Below are positions 25,301-38,190 of a stretch of DNA of 64,000 nucleotides, one piece after another. A model generated the notes under the pieces. That model saw only the letters and a program-made list of their open reading frames with translations. It searched no databases and was not told the origin of the DNA. The position numbers were made by a program, and so were the translations under genes. The DNA comes from Guillardia theta CCMP2712 (taxonomy: Eukaryota; Protista; Cryptophyta): NCBI RefSeq assembly GCF_000315625.1, contig NW_005434603.1, forward strand, positions 186,001-250,000, given 5' to 3'. The stretch's first letter is position 1, and the number at the start of each line of letters is the position of its first letter.

Positions 25301-25387
25301 AACCCTTTGGGAAAGAGGCAAGCACAGAGCTGGGATGTTACCTTGCTCGACCCCAAACCCGCTCACGTCTTCGTGAACTCTATCCAT
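22100..25387 (-). CDS. TIR - SAM - 6 TM - RelA/SpoT-like nucleotidyltransferase fusion protein (about 1031 aa)
   Basis: Exons 25387-22379 and 22186-22100. TIR: FFLSYR..FLDKRCL..GKDW..LFVPVLS..DNVLLE..IFPIL. SAM: VLQWLEECGL..HHVDSL..LTDNDV..GQEVALRMAI. Six hydrophobic segments. Synthetase-like: GPVK..RAIEK..DLVRCTIV..KNRF..GYRD..EVQ|IH..HEFY. Confidence 0.75.
22308..22356 (+). repeat. Intronic (CAG)n microsatellite
   Basis: Lies inside intron 22378-22187; explains the spurious poly-L and poly-Q in the ORF track. Confidence 0.9.
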
Positions 25388-26689
25388 CGCGGTGACCTTG
25401 GGTGGGATGTATACTCTCAAGTGTTACGCTGACGCCAGTCTTCAATGTGTTGAGAAATAATTTCGCAATGAGTGCAGCACTTGCTTTGTATCCAAAGGAA
25501 AGCTCGGGGAGGGAAGGGTCGCTCGAACAAAGTAGACAAGGAAGAAGCTGTCGAGTGATAGCGTTGAAGGACTCTGTAAGACTAGAGGAGGGTTGCAGTC
25601 GCTGGGATCAGGACCACCTGAACTTACTGAAGCTTAACTCGAGGGCTTCTGTAAGGGACGGGAGCTCAGCGTCTTGCTGGGAGACAAGCATCCGATGATC
25701 TTCCGCATCGCCTCGCACTGTCAGGGCGGCTCCAGCTGTCGTAAACTGAAGTCGGAACAAAACGTGTCAAAAGGGAAAAGGGGGGGTGGTGGACTGATGC
25801 CCGGCCCCGTTTCCACTCCTGGAGGCCCAGTGACCTGTTGATTGTCCTCGTACTAATTTTTGACTTAACTTTCAGTGAGTAAACTTGCCCCGACAGTTCC
25901 GTTCAACTCGAGTCTGTTTTTCGTCACGCCGTCGCGACTTAATTTCGAGTAAAGTTCAAAGGTAGTAACTTAACTTGGCTTTGAATCATCCGAAGGCAGG
26001 TGCCACGGTCACGCGCCCGGCCAGGCCCCGGGCCGCGCAGCCCGGGCCGTCACAGTGACAGTGAGACTCAGTCGCGCCGCCGCGCGCCCGGCGGTCCGTC
26101 ACGTGACAGTGTAAACCAAGACGACTGACGTGTCCGACGGTCAAGGCGGCCCGGCCCATGTAGTAGCCGGCGTGTGGGCCCGACGAAGCCTCGGAGGGGG
26201 CTTTCCTAGCCGTCTTGCTAAGGTCCTCTCATGTCTGGATGCTCCGGGTTTCACATCCTAGCATACAGTCTACAGTGACTGAGTCACGAGTCAAGTTTTG
26301 TGTGCATTAAACTCGGTTTTGAGCAAAAATTGTCTTGTTGCAACTAAGGTCGATGCCACGGTCCGATATCTGCGTGACTGCGCGCCGAGCCGCTCGGAGA
26401 CTCAGTGCCCGGCCCGGCGGGTCGGGCGCCGTGAGCCGCACCCGGCCGCCGCCCGCGTCACAGAGTCAAGTCCGAACTTCCCGTTCAACCGTTGAACCCG
26501 GGCCGGGAGGGGCCCGGCCGGCGAGTCCCGGCGGGCCCAGGCGGCGGGCGGCCCAGAGCCTCCGAGACTCCGGATTGTTAGGATCATCATGAGGGTGGGC
26601 ACCGGAATGCCAGTCGTCACCGGTCGTCATCAGAGTCATGGCAGCACTCGGGGTCCAAAGGACGGGTGGTTTCGCTGAAAAGCTATTGA

Positions 26690-27620
26690 GGGTAGGGTGG
26701 CAAGGTAACTACATGGGTACAGGGTTGTTGCAGAAGGGGTGTACATGCTGATCTCCGGGCCGAAATGGGGTGGGTGTGTTGTGATTCGAATTAGAGGGGT
26801 GGGGGTGGTACAAGAGGATGAAACTGCTGGGGTATGAATACTGTGTTGACTGGGGGTAGGGTAGGTGGCCGTGTTCGCTCAATGAGCTTTGGAGGTGTGG
26901 GGTTCTCAACATGTTCTATAGGGCAGCATCAATAATAAAGGTATGGTAGGGTAGTATGAAAGATGGGTAGGGTACAAAAGCACCGGTCATGAGAAGGTCA
27001 TTCTTGCTATGGACGAGCGGGTGGAAATCCATTTGACAAGGTGGAGAAATGGGGTGGGTGAGTGAGTACGGGTCTAAAACAGATGCAATTGTGGGTAGTG
27101 GATAGCAGGCATTCTTGCTAGGTGGTGGGGTGTTCAGGAGGAAACCGAGGGGTACAGAATCCCCATGTCCACAGGGGGTGGGGGTACAATATCCTTGTAA
27201 ATCACCCCTGGCTTGCAATCTATTATTCGACAGTATGAAGGTAGGGTACTCACATCGAAACACTGGGGTGCCTCGTATCCATGACAATTGGGGTGGGGGT
27301 GATAAATTGTAGGTGGGGGTCAGGAAGAAACAAGTGTTGTAGGTGGGTGGTGAAAAAACAGGGGTGGTCAAATTGCAACAGGTGGTGGGGCCTGAAATCA
27401 CGCATTGTGATCGCACTCTTTCGTACTATGGGGTGGGTCAATTGTAGTCAAATGGAAGGGTAATATTTCATACCCACCCTTCCGCAAGTAGACGGTATTC
27501 AACGACATGGGTGGGTGGTCAATTCATACCGGTGCTCATCAAGACAGGGAGAGTGGAATGGGAGATACGAGTAGTACAAGATAAATTGTAGGGTAGGGGT
27601 AGAGTATTGTAGGGTGGGGT
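26690..27620. other. Second GGGT/GGTA-rich apparently non-coding tract
   Basis: Same word bias as 4480-6720; lies in the divergent intergenic region between the TIR gene and SNF1. Confidence 0.5.
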
Positions 27621-28630
27621 GTTCGGGGGTAGAGGAGGAGGCGGCCAGCGGCAGCGAAAAAAAATGCAGGAGAAGCGAGGCTGTGGGATATGGCAATGGT
27701 GGTAGGAAGAGGAGGAGAAGAATAACATGCTTGTGGAAGTGGAAGAAATGATGGGCAGGATCGGGTGAAGGAGAGGTAGAGGGATAGTTGTGCAGAGTCT
27801 GATAGGACCACCTTGAAGCATCACTGCTGCAGGCGCGCCGTAGGAATAGCAGGGAAGAGCGTGTTGACAAGAAGCCCATGGACGGATGAGGACAATGCAG
27901 AGAAGATTTATCTGTCCTTAGACATGTTGGACATGAAGTTAGGGAGGATGATGAATAGCCCAGACTTTGGAAGGAATTACAGTGTGACCGGACTGGATAC
28001 GGAATCGAGAAGGTGACTGGAGGTCAGCGAATGCACGAAAGATCCCAAGCTGGGATAACTGATGTAAATGTGTTAAGAGGAAAACTAGAGGTGTATCGTC
28101 GTGCAGAGTGACCACAACGGCAGCATGTTGCGTTCTGTTGATATTGCAGCCCCTTGGTGATTAATTGCAGCATCCTGGTATTGAGATTGATCAGGTCGAA
28201 GAGTTTATCATGATGTTTCAGGATGGTATAATTACTTGGAAGCGATAGTCAACTAGTTTGTGAATTAGTTTGTGAACAAACTCGAACGAGTTTCAAAACA
28301 GTCGTAGCGATAAAAACTGAGGTATCAAATGAGTAGAACGAGCGGAGTTCAGTGGAAGGTAAGGTTCATTTACCATGAGGAAACTCTTCATCGAAATCAC
28401 GATCGAATCGTGATTGCCATCAAATCTGAACTTTCATCATCGAAATGCAGAAGACATATATTTAACCAATTTTTTTGTCGATGAATTCCTAATGCTTTTT
28501 GTTCTGCAGGGTATTCAGCAACAACGTGAAAGGGGAACTGGATTTTCTATCTACATCTCTGTCTTGTCTGAATTGAACATCGTTTTGAAGGCAAAGCCGT
28601 GCAGATTTTTGCCGGCTGCCTGCAAACACG

Positions 28631-30639
<2,009 letters not shown>

Positions 30640-30981
30640 GGGGCGATGGAACGAGGGAGTTGAGAAGGAGCTGGAACAAGTCCGGAAGGGCTTGTGAAGG
30701 GATGAGAGCTCGTGTACACTAGAACCGTCAGCCGCTCCTCCTCTCTTCTGCTCCCTCCATCCCCTCTATCTCTCGTAGGATATAATCGAATACTTACAGT
30801 AAAATTGTCGGGACTCAAAACCCATCCAACTCGTCACTCCTCCCTCTTGTCCCCTGACGTGCTTCCCCAGCATCCTTGCCAAGCATGCCGAACCCTACTC
30901 CCCTCTTCCTGGTTGTGCTCGTCCCCCTCTGCGCTTGAGAACATCTCATTGAGCCTCTGTCGCGAGATCATGCTGTGCCCG

Positions 30982-32217
30982 TCATGCGTCGCTCTCGTCA
31001 TCCGAGTAAGCAGCAAGAGCGCTGAGAGAGTTGTTCCCTTCATCTGCAGACGCATGAGGGGGTGAGGAGGATGAAACAGCTGCTGACCCTTCTTCTCCGC
31101 AGGCTTCTCGTCCTTCTTGTCCGTTGGCTTGTCAGTTGCTTCGATCTTGGGTTTCTTCGATGGGTTTTCTGCTTTTGATCCCTGTCGTCGCGTTGTGAGC
31201 AGGATGTGGAGGATTATGAAGCGAAGGAGGGGACGAGGAGTGGGGTCGGGTTACTAAGTGGCGCATACAAAGGAGAGGAAGAGTGAGAGGGCTCAGGGCT
31301 CAGAGACCAGACAACATTTCAGGACCAGAGCAGGATGGCGATCAGAGAGGTCAGGAGGGACGTACGTCGTCATCGTTGCTGGACTTCTTCTTTACGTTGA
31401 CGAGGGACGTCAGAAGTTTCTTGCTCTTGTCCAGCTGCTGTCTTGCATTCTCAGCTTTCTTGGCGATCACGGATGGGAACAGCGACGAAGGCGCTTCTCC
31501 GACGCTCTCCTGCAGCAACACTTGAGCGCTGGTCACTGTGCTTGACAAGCCTGACTTGTTGCTTCTTGAAATTGTTGATCTGTTCCTGCTCTTCCATCTG
31601 CAGCGGAACCATCAACCATCGAGGAAACGAGGGGAGCGCCGATGGCTCGCCAGACCTTGCCGTACTTCTCAAGCATTCGCTTCGTCTGCATTTGCTGATG
31701 CTGTCATGAAGTCACCACACGGAACCAGCAGTAACGGTCTCATTTACCTGCCATAGGAGATCGCTAGGATCGGTCGCTCCACCTGGTTGGATGCAACCCA
31801 TCAGTCTTGTACTTTACACATACTTTCACTGGCCAATCCTAGAAATTGTCTACCTGTCTTACGCTTCCTCTCCGCCCGTCGTCCATCCACCAACAACTAC
31901 TCTAGTCGATGCCTCGTTCCCTCCTTCTTTTCTGCCCTGATCTTCTTGAAGAAACTTCCAGCTTCTCTTCTACTCCAATCCTCCTCTTGATCATCTTCCC
32001 TTGTGCCTCCTGCTAGTCCACTTACCCCTCTCCCCAAGTCGTCTCCCTCTACCCTTCCCCTCCCTCTCGTCCTTTCCCCCTCCTCTTCCTCTTCCCCGAC
32101 CCCCTTCTCCTGGGTTTCCCTCTCTCCTTCCTACCTCCCACTCACTCTCTTCCTCTCCCTCTCTCCCCCACCTTCTCGCAGGAACTGTCCTCCTTCGCCA
32201 TACTCGTCGTAGGACAT
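30982..32217 (-). CDS. Hypothetical charged protein, weak resemblance to a FAM192A/NIP30-type C-terminus
   Basis: Exon-like blocks MSYDEYGE..., MEEQEQINNFKKQQ, LLTSLVNVKKK, and terminal SLSALAAYSDDESDA*; the 5' splicing could not be fully resolved. Confidence 0.45.
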
Positions 32218-33105
32218 GATGGTCGGTCACCCGGGTTGCGACTCGGGCCAACCCTCCCCACATCTGCCGACCAAAATCAGACTAGACCAACATGTCCTAC
32301 GACGAGTATGGCGAAGCAGGACAGTTCCTGCGAGAAGGAGAGAGGGAGAGAGGGAGAGGAAGAAAGTGAGTGAGAGGTAGGAAGGAGAGAGGGAAACCCA
32401 GGAGAAGGGGGTCGGGGAAGAGGAAGACTGGCAGGAGGCACAAGGGAAGATGATCAAGAGGAGGATTGGAAAAGGAGAGAAGCTGGAAGTTTCTTCAAGA
32501 AGGTCAGGGCAGAAAAGAAGGAGGGAACGAGGCATCGACTAGAGTAGTTGTTGGTGGATGGACGACGGGAGGAGAGGAAGCGTGGAGGAGGTACAAACTT
32601 GATGTGATGATGGGAGAGGAAGGAAGTCAATTTCTAGGATTGGCAAGTGAAAGTATGTGTAAAGTACAAGACTGATGAGTCCCATCCGTGATCGCCAAGA
32701 AAGCTGAGAATGCAAGACAGCAGCTGGACAAGAGCAAGAAACTTCTGACGTCCCTCGTCAACGTAAAGAAGAAGTCCAGCAACGATGACGACGTACGTCC
32801 CTCCTGACCTCTCTGATCGCCATCCTGCTCTGGTCCTGAAATGTTGTCTGGTCTCTGAGCCCTGAGCCCTCTCACTCTTCCTCTCCTTTGTATGCGCCAC
32901 TTAGTAACCCGACCCCACTCCTCGTCCCCTCCTTCGCTTCATAATCCTCCACATCCTGCTCACAACGCGACGACAGGGATCAAAAGCAGAAAACCCATCG
33001 AAGAAACCCAAGATCGAAGCAACTGACAAGCCAACGGACAAGAAGGACGAGAAGCCTGCGGAGAAGAAGGGTCAGCAGCTGTTTCATCCTCCTCTCCCCC
33101 TCATG
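31053..33105. repeat. Large imperfect inverted repeat (foldback), arms 31053-32218 and 32291-33105, 72-bp spacer
   Basis: 31053-31478 is the reverse complement of 32680-33105; about 31799-32218 corresponds to 32291-32678; the right arm lacks about 320 bp. Confidence 0.93.
32292..33105 (+). pseudogene. Inverted, internally deleted and 3'-truncated copy of the 30982-32217 gene
   Basis: Same ATG exon (MSYDEYGE) on the opposite strand; middle exons deleted; last exon absent. Confidence 0.6.
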
Positions 33106-33294
33106 TTGGTACGAACATCACTCTTGTGGTGACTCACGGCCCTCTTTGACTCTCCCAGTCTGAGTGATTTGTCGGCATGTATGAGTCATAGGCATAGTAA
33201 AAAGATGAGGCTAACTACGGTAAGATGAAGAGTCTAAAATCCATATCCGCATGATCATCGATGATGGCTGGCATAGTGACACGGACGCCGCGTA

Positions 33295-34916
33295 TCATCC
33301 CACCCCTGGCGACCCGCTTCCCAGCGGCTGCCCAGGCAACTTGAACCCTGGGATCCTCGAGACAAAAAGAGCCGCCATGCTAATTGCCATAAAGCTCCAA
33401 AGACTCTTCTGAACCTGTGAGATGCTCGCCACTACCTGCGATCAGTTTGTCACGAATGAGCTAACACATTCATCGGTCTCAGTCAGTCGCCTCGGAAACA
33501 CCCAGCGAGACTCTCAAGTACAGGATGCACCGCCGAATACCTTGTCGATACTCGCCTCAACCTGCGATCCTTTGTCACATGATCGTATCCGACAAACATC
33601 CCTCAGGCTACGCTGACACTGGTATACCTTGTCAAACCTGCTATTGTTGCTTTCCTGCACCTGCGATCGTTGTCACCGTTCAACCAGCGAGAAGGGAGCT
33701 TGAACACTGACGATCAGGTTCGAAAATACCTCGCAAAATCTGTCCTCTAGATGCACAAGACTCGTCTGAACCTGTGAGATGCTCGCCTCAACCTGCGATC
33801 CTTTGTCACATGATCGTATCCGACAAACATCCCTACTACGCTGACACTGGTATACCTTGTCAAACCTGCTATTGTTGCTTTCCTGCACCTGCGATCGTTG
33901 TCACCGTTCAACCAGCGAGAAGGGAGCTTGAACACTGACGATCAGGTTCGAAAATACCTCGCAAAATCTGTCCTCTAGATGCGCAAGACTCGTCTGAACC
34001 TGCAAGGCCGACACCCTTCGTCAACGTGTGTGATCAAACATTTTGGTTCACTGGCAGCACTCCGAGCGGCGCTCATCACCTGGTCCATCGAGCTGAAGAG
34101 ATTTCTGCATGGGGTGTAGATGAGAAAGATTGGTACTCCTGATTTCCCGATGAGTATCGCTTCTTTGTGTTCTCTCCATCTGCTCAATTGCAATCACTTA
34201 CTCAGTGGCCCCAGCATGTACTGAGCTTACCTTGCCAATATATTTACCGAGTTTCTCTTGAAGATTTCTTTGTTCCCGTTGACAAACACTCCCATTGCCT
34301 TGATCACGACGTTGGTCTTGTGAATCCGATTCCGAAGGGCATATGCTCGATCCAGCTGATACATCTTTTCAAGTATACAGCTCGGGCTTTCAGTTATCTC
34401 GAAGTGGAAACACTCCCCTCGCTCAAGACGTATGTCGCTGAGGCATTCGGCGGCGGATGTCGTAGCCTGACCATCTTCATTGCTGAGGCAGACGATGCTC
34501 TCACTGTCATTCAAGTCCACGACACGATTGAAGATGCTGTCCAGATGAACCGGCCCATCTCGTACTTTGACATACAGGTCTAATTCGAAGTAGTGGCCCT
34601 TGCTGTATTGCTTCTGCTTTTGATCGATACCACTGAGAGAATGGATCGAGAACCTCTTGCGCAGGTTTGTCCTGTACTCCGTGCTGTTCACATGTTGCAG
34701 GGCCGCTATGTCGTTGGAGTCTCTCAAGAAGAACCTCCTGCACATCATGGTCGCCGGGACATGAGCGAGTTGCGAGTAAAGCTGATTAGCGAAGTAGTCC
34801 CGCGCAGAGACGAGGTTGAGCTGAACCTCCTCCCAGTGCGGCAGCTCGTGAGGCTCCAAGTTGCTCATGCTGGGGGAGCTGGTGCCCGCCGGCGACTCCC
34901 CTGACCCCTCTGGCAT
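33295..34916 (-). CDS. Putative PD-(D/E)xK-like nuclease domain + coiled-coil stalk + C-terminal hydrophobic anchor, copy 1 (about 372 aa)
   Basis: Exons 34916-34231, 34179-34080, 33999-33958, 33888-33856, 33792-33730, 33660-33628, 33561-33541 and 33435-33295 join in frame. Motifs FELDLYV..FEIT..EKMYQLDR; anchor SLWSFMAISMAALFVS. Confidence 0.6.
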
Positions 34917-35296
34917 TGCCACAAACTTTTTCCAAGGCGCGGGAAACTGAAGTAAATCCCACCCTACCCCTGCTGATCGTTCGGAATCCTACCAGAGGTG
35001 CTCTCTTGGAGGGGGTGGTGGTGGGAGGAGGAGGGACTCGGGAGAGCTATCAGAACATTCATAGAACAGGTTTTCGCTGCCTCGTCCCTCTGGCTGAGGC
35101 GGATTTGTTGGTACGAACATCACTCTTGTGGTGACTCACGGCCCTCTTTGACTCTCCCAGTCTGAGTGATTTGTCGGCATGTATGAGTCATAGGCATAGT
35201 AAAAAGATGAGGCTAACTACGGTAAGATGAAGAGTCTAAAATCCATATCCGCATGATCATCGATGATGGCTGGCATAGTGACACGGACGCCGCGTA

Positions 35297-36909
35297 TCAT
35301 CCCACCCCTGGCGACCCGCTTCCCAGCGGCTGCCCAGGCAACTTGAACCCTGGGATCCTCGAGACAAAAAGAGCCGCCATGCTAATTGCCATAAAGCTCC
35401 AAAGACTCTTCTGAACCTGTGAGATGCTCGCCACTACCTGCGATCAGTTTGTCACGAATGAGCTAACACATTCATCGGTCTCAGTCAGTCGCCTCGGAAA
35501 CACCCAGCGAGACTCTCAAGTACAGGATGCACCGCCGAATACCTTGTCGATACTCGCCTCAACCTGCGATCCTTTGTCACATGATCGTATCCGACAAACA
35601 TCCCTACTACGCTGACACTGGTATACCTTGTCAAACCTGCTATTGTTGCTTTCCTGCACCTGCGATCGTTGTCACCGTTCAACCAGCGAGAAGGGAGCTT
35701 GAACACTGACGATCAGGTTCGAAAATACCTCGCAAAATCTGTCCTCTAGATGCGCAAGACTCGTCTGAACCTGTGAGATGCTCGCCTCAACCTGCGATCC
35801 TTTGTCACATGATCGTATCCGACAAACATCCCTACTACGCTGACACTGGTATACCTTGTCAAACCTGCTATTGTTGCTTTCCTGCACCTGCGATCGTTGT
35901 CACCGTTCAACCAGCGAGAAGGGAGCTTGAACACTGACGATCAGGTTCGAAAATACCTCGCAAAATCTGTCCTCTAGATGCGCAAGACTCGTCTGAACCT
36001 GCAAGGCCGACACCCTTCGTCAACGTGTGTGATCAAACATTTTGGTTCACTGGCAGCACTCCGAGCGGCGCTCATCACCTGGTCCATCGAGCTGAAGAGA
36101 TTTCTGCATGGGGTGTAGATGAGAAAGATTGGTACTCCTGATTTCCCGATGAGCATCGCTTCTTTGTGTTCTCTCCATCTGCTCAATTGCAATCACTTAC
36201 TCAGTGGCCCCAGCATGTACTGAGCTTACCTTGCCAATATATTTACCGAGTTTCTCTTGAAGATTTCTTTGTTCCCGTTGACAAACACTCCCATTGCCTT
36301 GATCACGACGTTGGTCTTGTGAATCCGATTCCGAAGGGCATATGCTCGATCCAGCTGATACATCTTTTCAAGTATACAGCTCGGGCTTTCAGTTATCTCG
36401 AAGTGGAAACACTCCCCTCGCTCAAGACGTATGTCGCTGAGGCATTCGGCGGCGGATGTCGTAGCCTGACCATCTTCATTGCTGAGGCAGACGATGCTCT
36501 CACTGTCATTCAAGTCCACGACACGATTGAAGATGCTGTCCAGATGAACCGGCCCATCTCGTACTTTGACATACAGGTCTAATTCGAAGTAGTGGCCCTT
36601 GCTGTATTGCTTCTGCTTTTGATCGATACCACTGAGAGAATGGATCGAGAACCTCTTGCACAGGTTTGTCCTGTACTCCGTGCTGTTCACATGTTGCAGG
36701 GCCGCTATGTCGTTGGAGTCTCTCAAGAAGAACCTCCTGCACATCATGGTCGCCGGGACATGAGCGAGTTGCGAGTAAAGCTGATTAGCGAAGTAGTCCC
36801 GCGCAGAGACGAGGTTGAGCTGAACCTCCTCCCAGTGCGGCAGCTCGTGAGGCTCCAAGTTGCTCATGCTGGGGGAGCTGGTGCCCGCCGGCGACTCCCC
36901 TGACCCCAT
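35297..36909 (-). CDS. Same protein, copy 2
   Basis: Near-identical to copy 1 with the same splice sites; differences seen are a 6-bp indel and R>C, I>M, V>A. Confidence 0.6.
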
Positions 36910-37680
36910 TGCCACAAACTTTTTCCGAGGCGCGGGAAACTGAAGTAAATCCCACCCTACCCCTGCTGATCGTTCGGAATCCTACCAGAGGTGCTCTCTT
37001 GGAGGGGGTGGTGGTGGGAGGAGAAAGGGACTCGGGAGAGCTACCAGAACATTCATAGAACAGGTTTTCGCTGCCTCCGAGGCTCGTCCGAGGCTCTTTG
37101 GCTGAGGCGGATTTGTTGGTACGAACATCACTCTTGTGGTGACTCACGGCCCTCTTTCAACGACTCTCCCAGTCTGAGTGATTTGTCGGCATGTATGAGT
37201 CATAGGCATAGTAGAAAGATGAGGCTAACTAGGCATGGACGCCGCGTATCATCCCACCCAGCGGCTGATCTCTTGGTCTTGGTGAGGATGCGGCTCGTCG
37301 TCCGATCATTGCGCACTGATGGCCCAGTGGCGTGCCGCATGGCGGGATAGCAGGGGGGGGGGACTCAGGGAAGAGGAGGAAGAGGAGGGATATTCGCGTG
37401 TACGGTATGCACCCCTTCCCGTCGCCGAATCTCCGGGGCCGAGGCTTCCTCTACCCTTCCCCTCCCTCTCGTCCTCCCTCCTCCTTCCCTCACTGTCTCC
37501 CTCTCACCTTCTCGCACTGCGGCAGGAGTAGGACATGTACGTCGGTCACCAGGGTTGCGACTCGGGCCAACCCTCCCCGGTCATACCCAGGCCTGCCCCA
37601 GGCCGCGCGGCCTCTTGTACGCATTGCTTCGATCAAAGATTCATTCCTGAATGCGCCAATGGCGCCAGGCAGACGAGCCG

Positions 37681-38051
37681 TCAGGATCCTCCTCCCCGTC
37701 TTGGGCCCTGCTGCATCTTCGCGGTCGTCTTACTGGCTCTGCAGCCAGTCAGGTGTTGTCATGGCACCAAGTTCTGAGACAGTCAGTCACCTGCACTCCG
37801 CCATGTTGTCCTTAAGAGCGTCAGAGTCAGGGATGAGACCTCCTAGAACGGGCTCAGAAGCATGGAGCCTGGACCAACAAGGAGGGGATGAAGCGGGAGC
37901 AGGGCAGGGAGGGAAAGCTTATAGAAGTCGGGAAGGAAGGGAAAGAGAGATGGTGGTCACCGCTAGCCAAGGAAGCTCTGAGGCTCATCAGGTTGGCTGT
38001 TTCGTCAGGACGGATCCCCTGCGACTGAACATTCGAGCTCGTATGTCAGTT

Positions 38052-38099
<48 letters not shown>

Positions 38100-38154
38100 A
38101 GGCTCCTCCTGCTCCTCCTCCTGCTGCTCCCGCTCCCGCTCCCGCTCCCGCTCC

Positions 38155-38190
<36 letters not shown>

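Larger units (their letters stand above)
33104..37266. repeat. Tandem duplication of a ~2.0-kb unit (33104-35105, 35106-37113) plus a diverged partial third copy (37114-~37266)
   Basis: Unit start TGTTGGTACGAACATCACTC at 33104, 35106 and 37114; each full unit contains an internal ~228-bp repeat. Confidence 0.95.

Noticed and set aside
27800-28200. Possible transposase relic upstream of SNF1
   Set aside because: Stop-interrupted in all frames examined and no diagnostic motif recognised
33400-34005. CRISPR-like array of recurring CCTGCGATC motifs
   Set aside because: The intervening sequences are themselves repeated, the motif is an intron acceptor on the minus strand, and no cas genes are present
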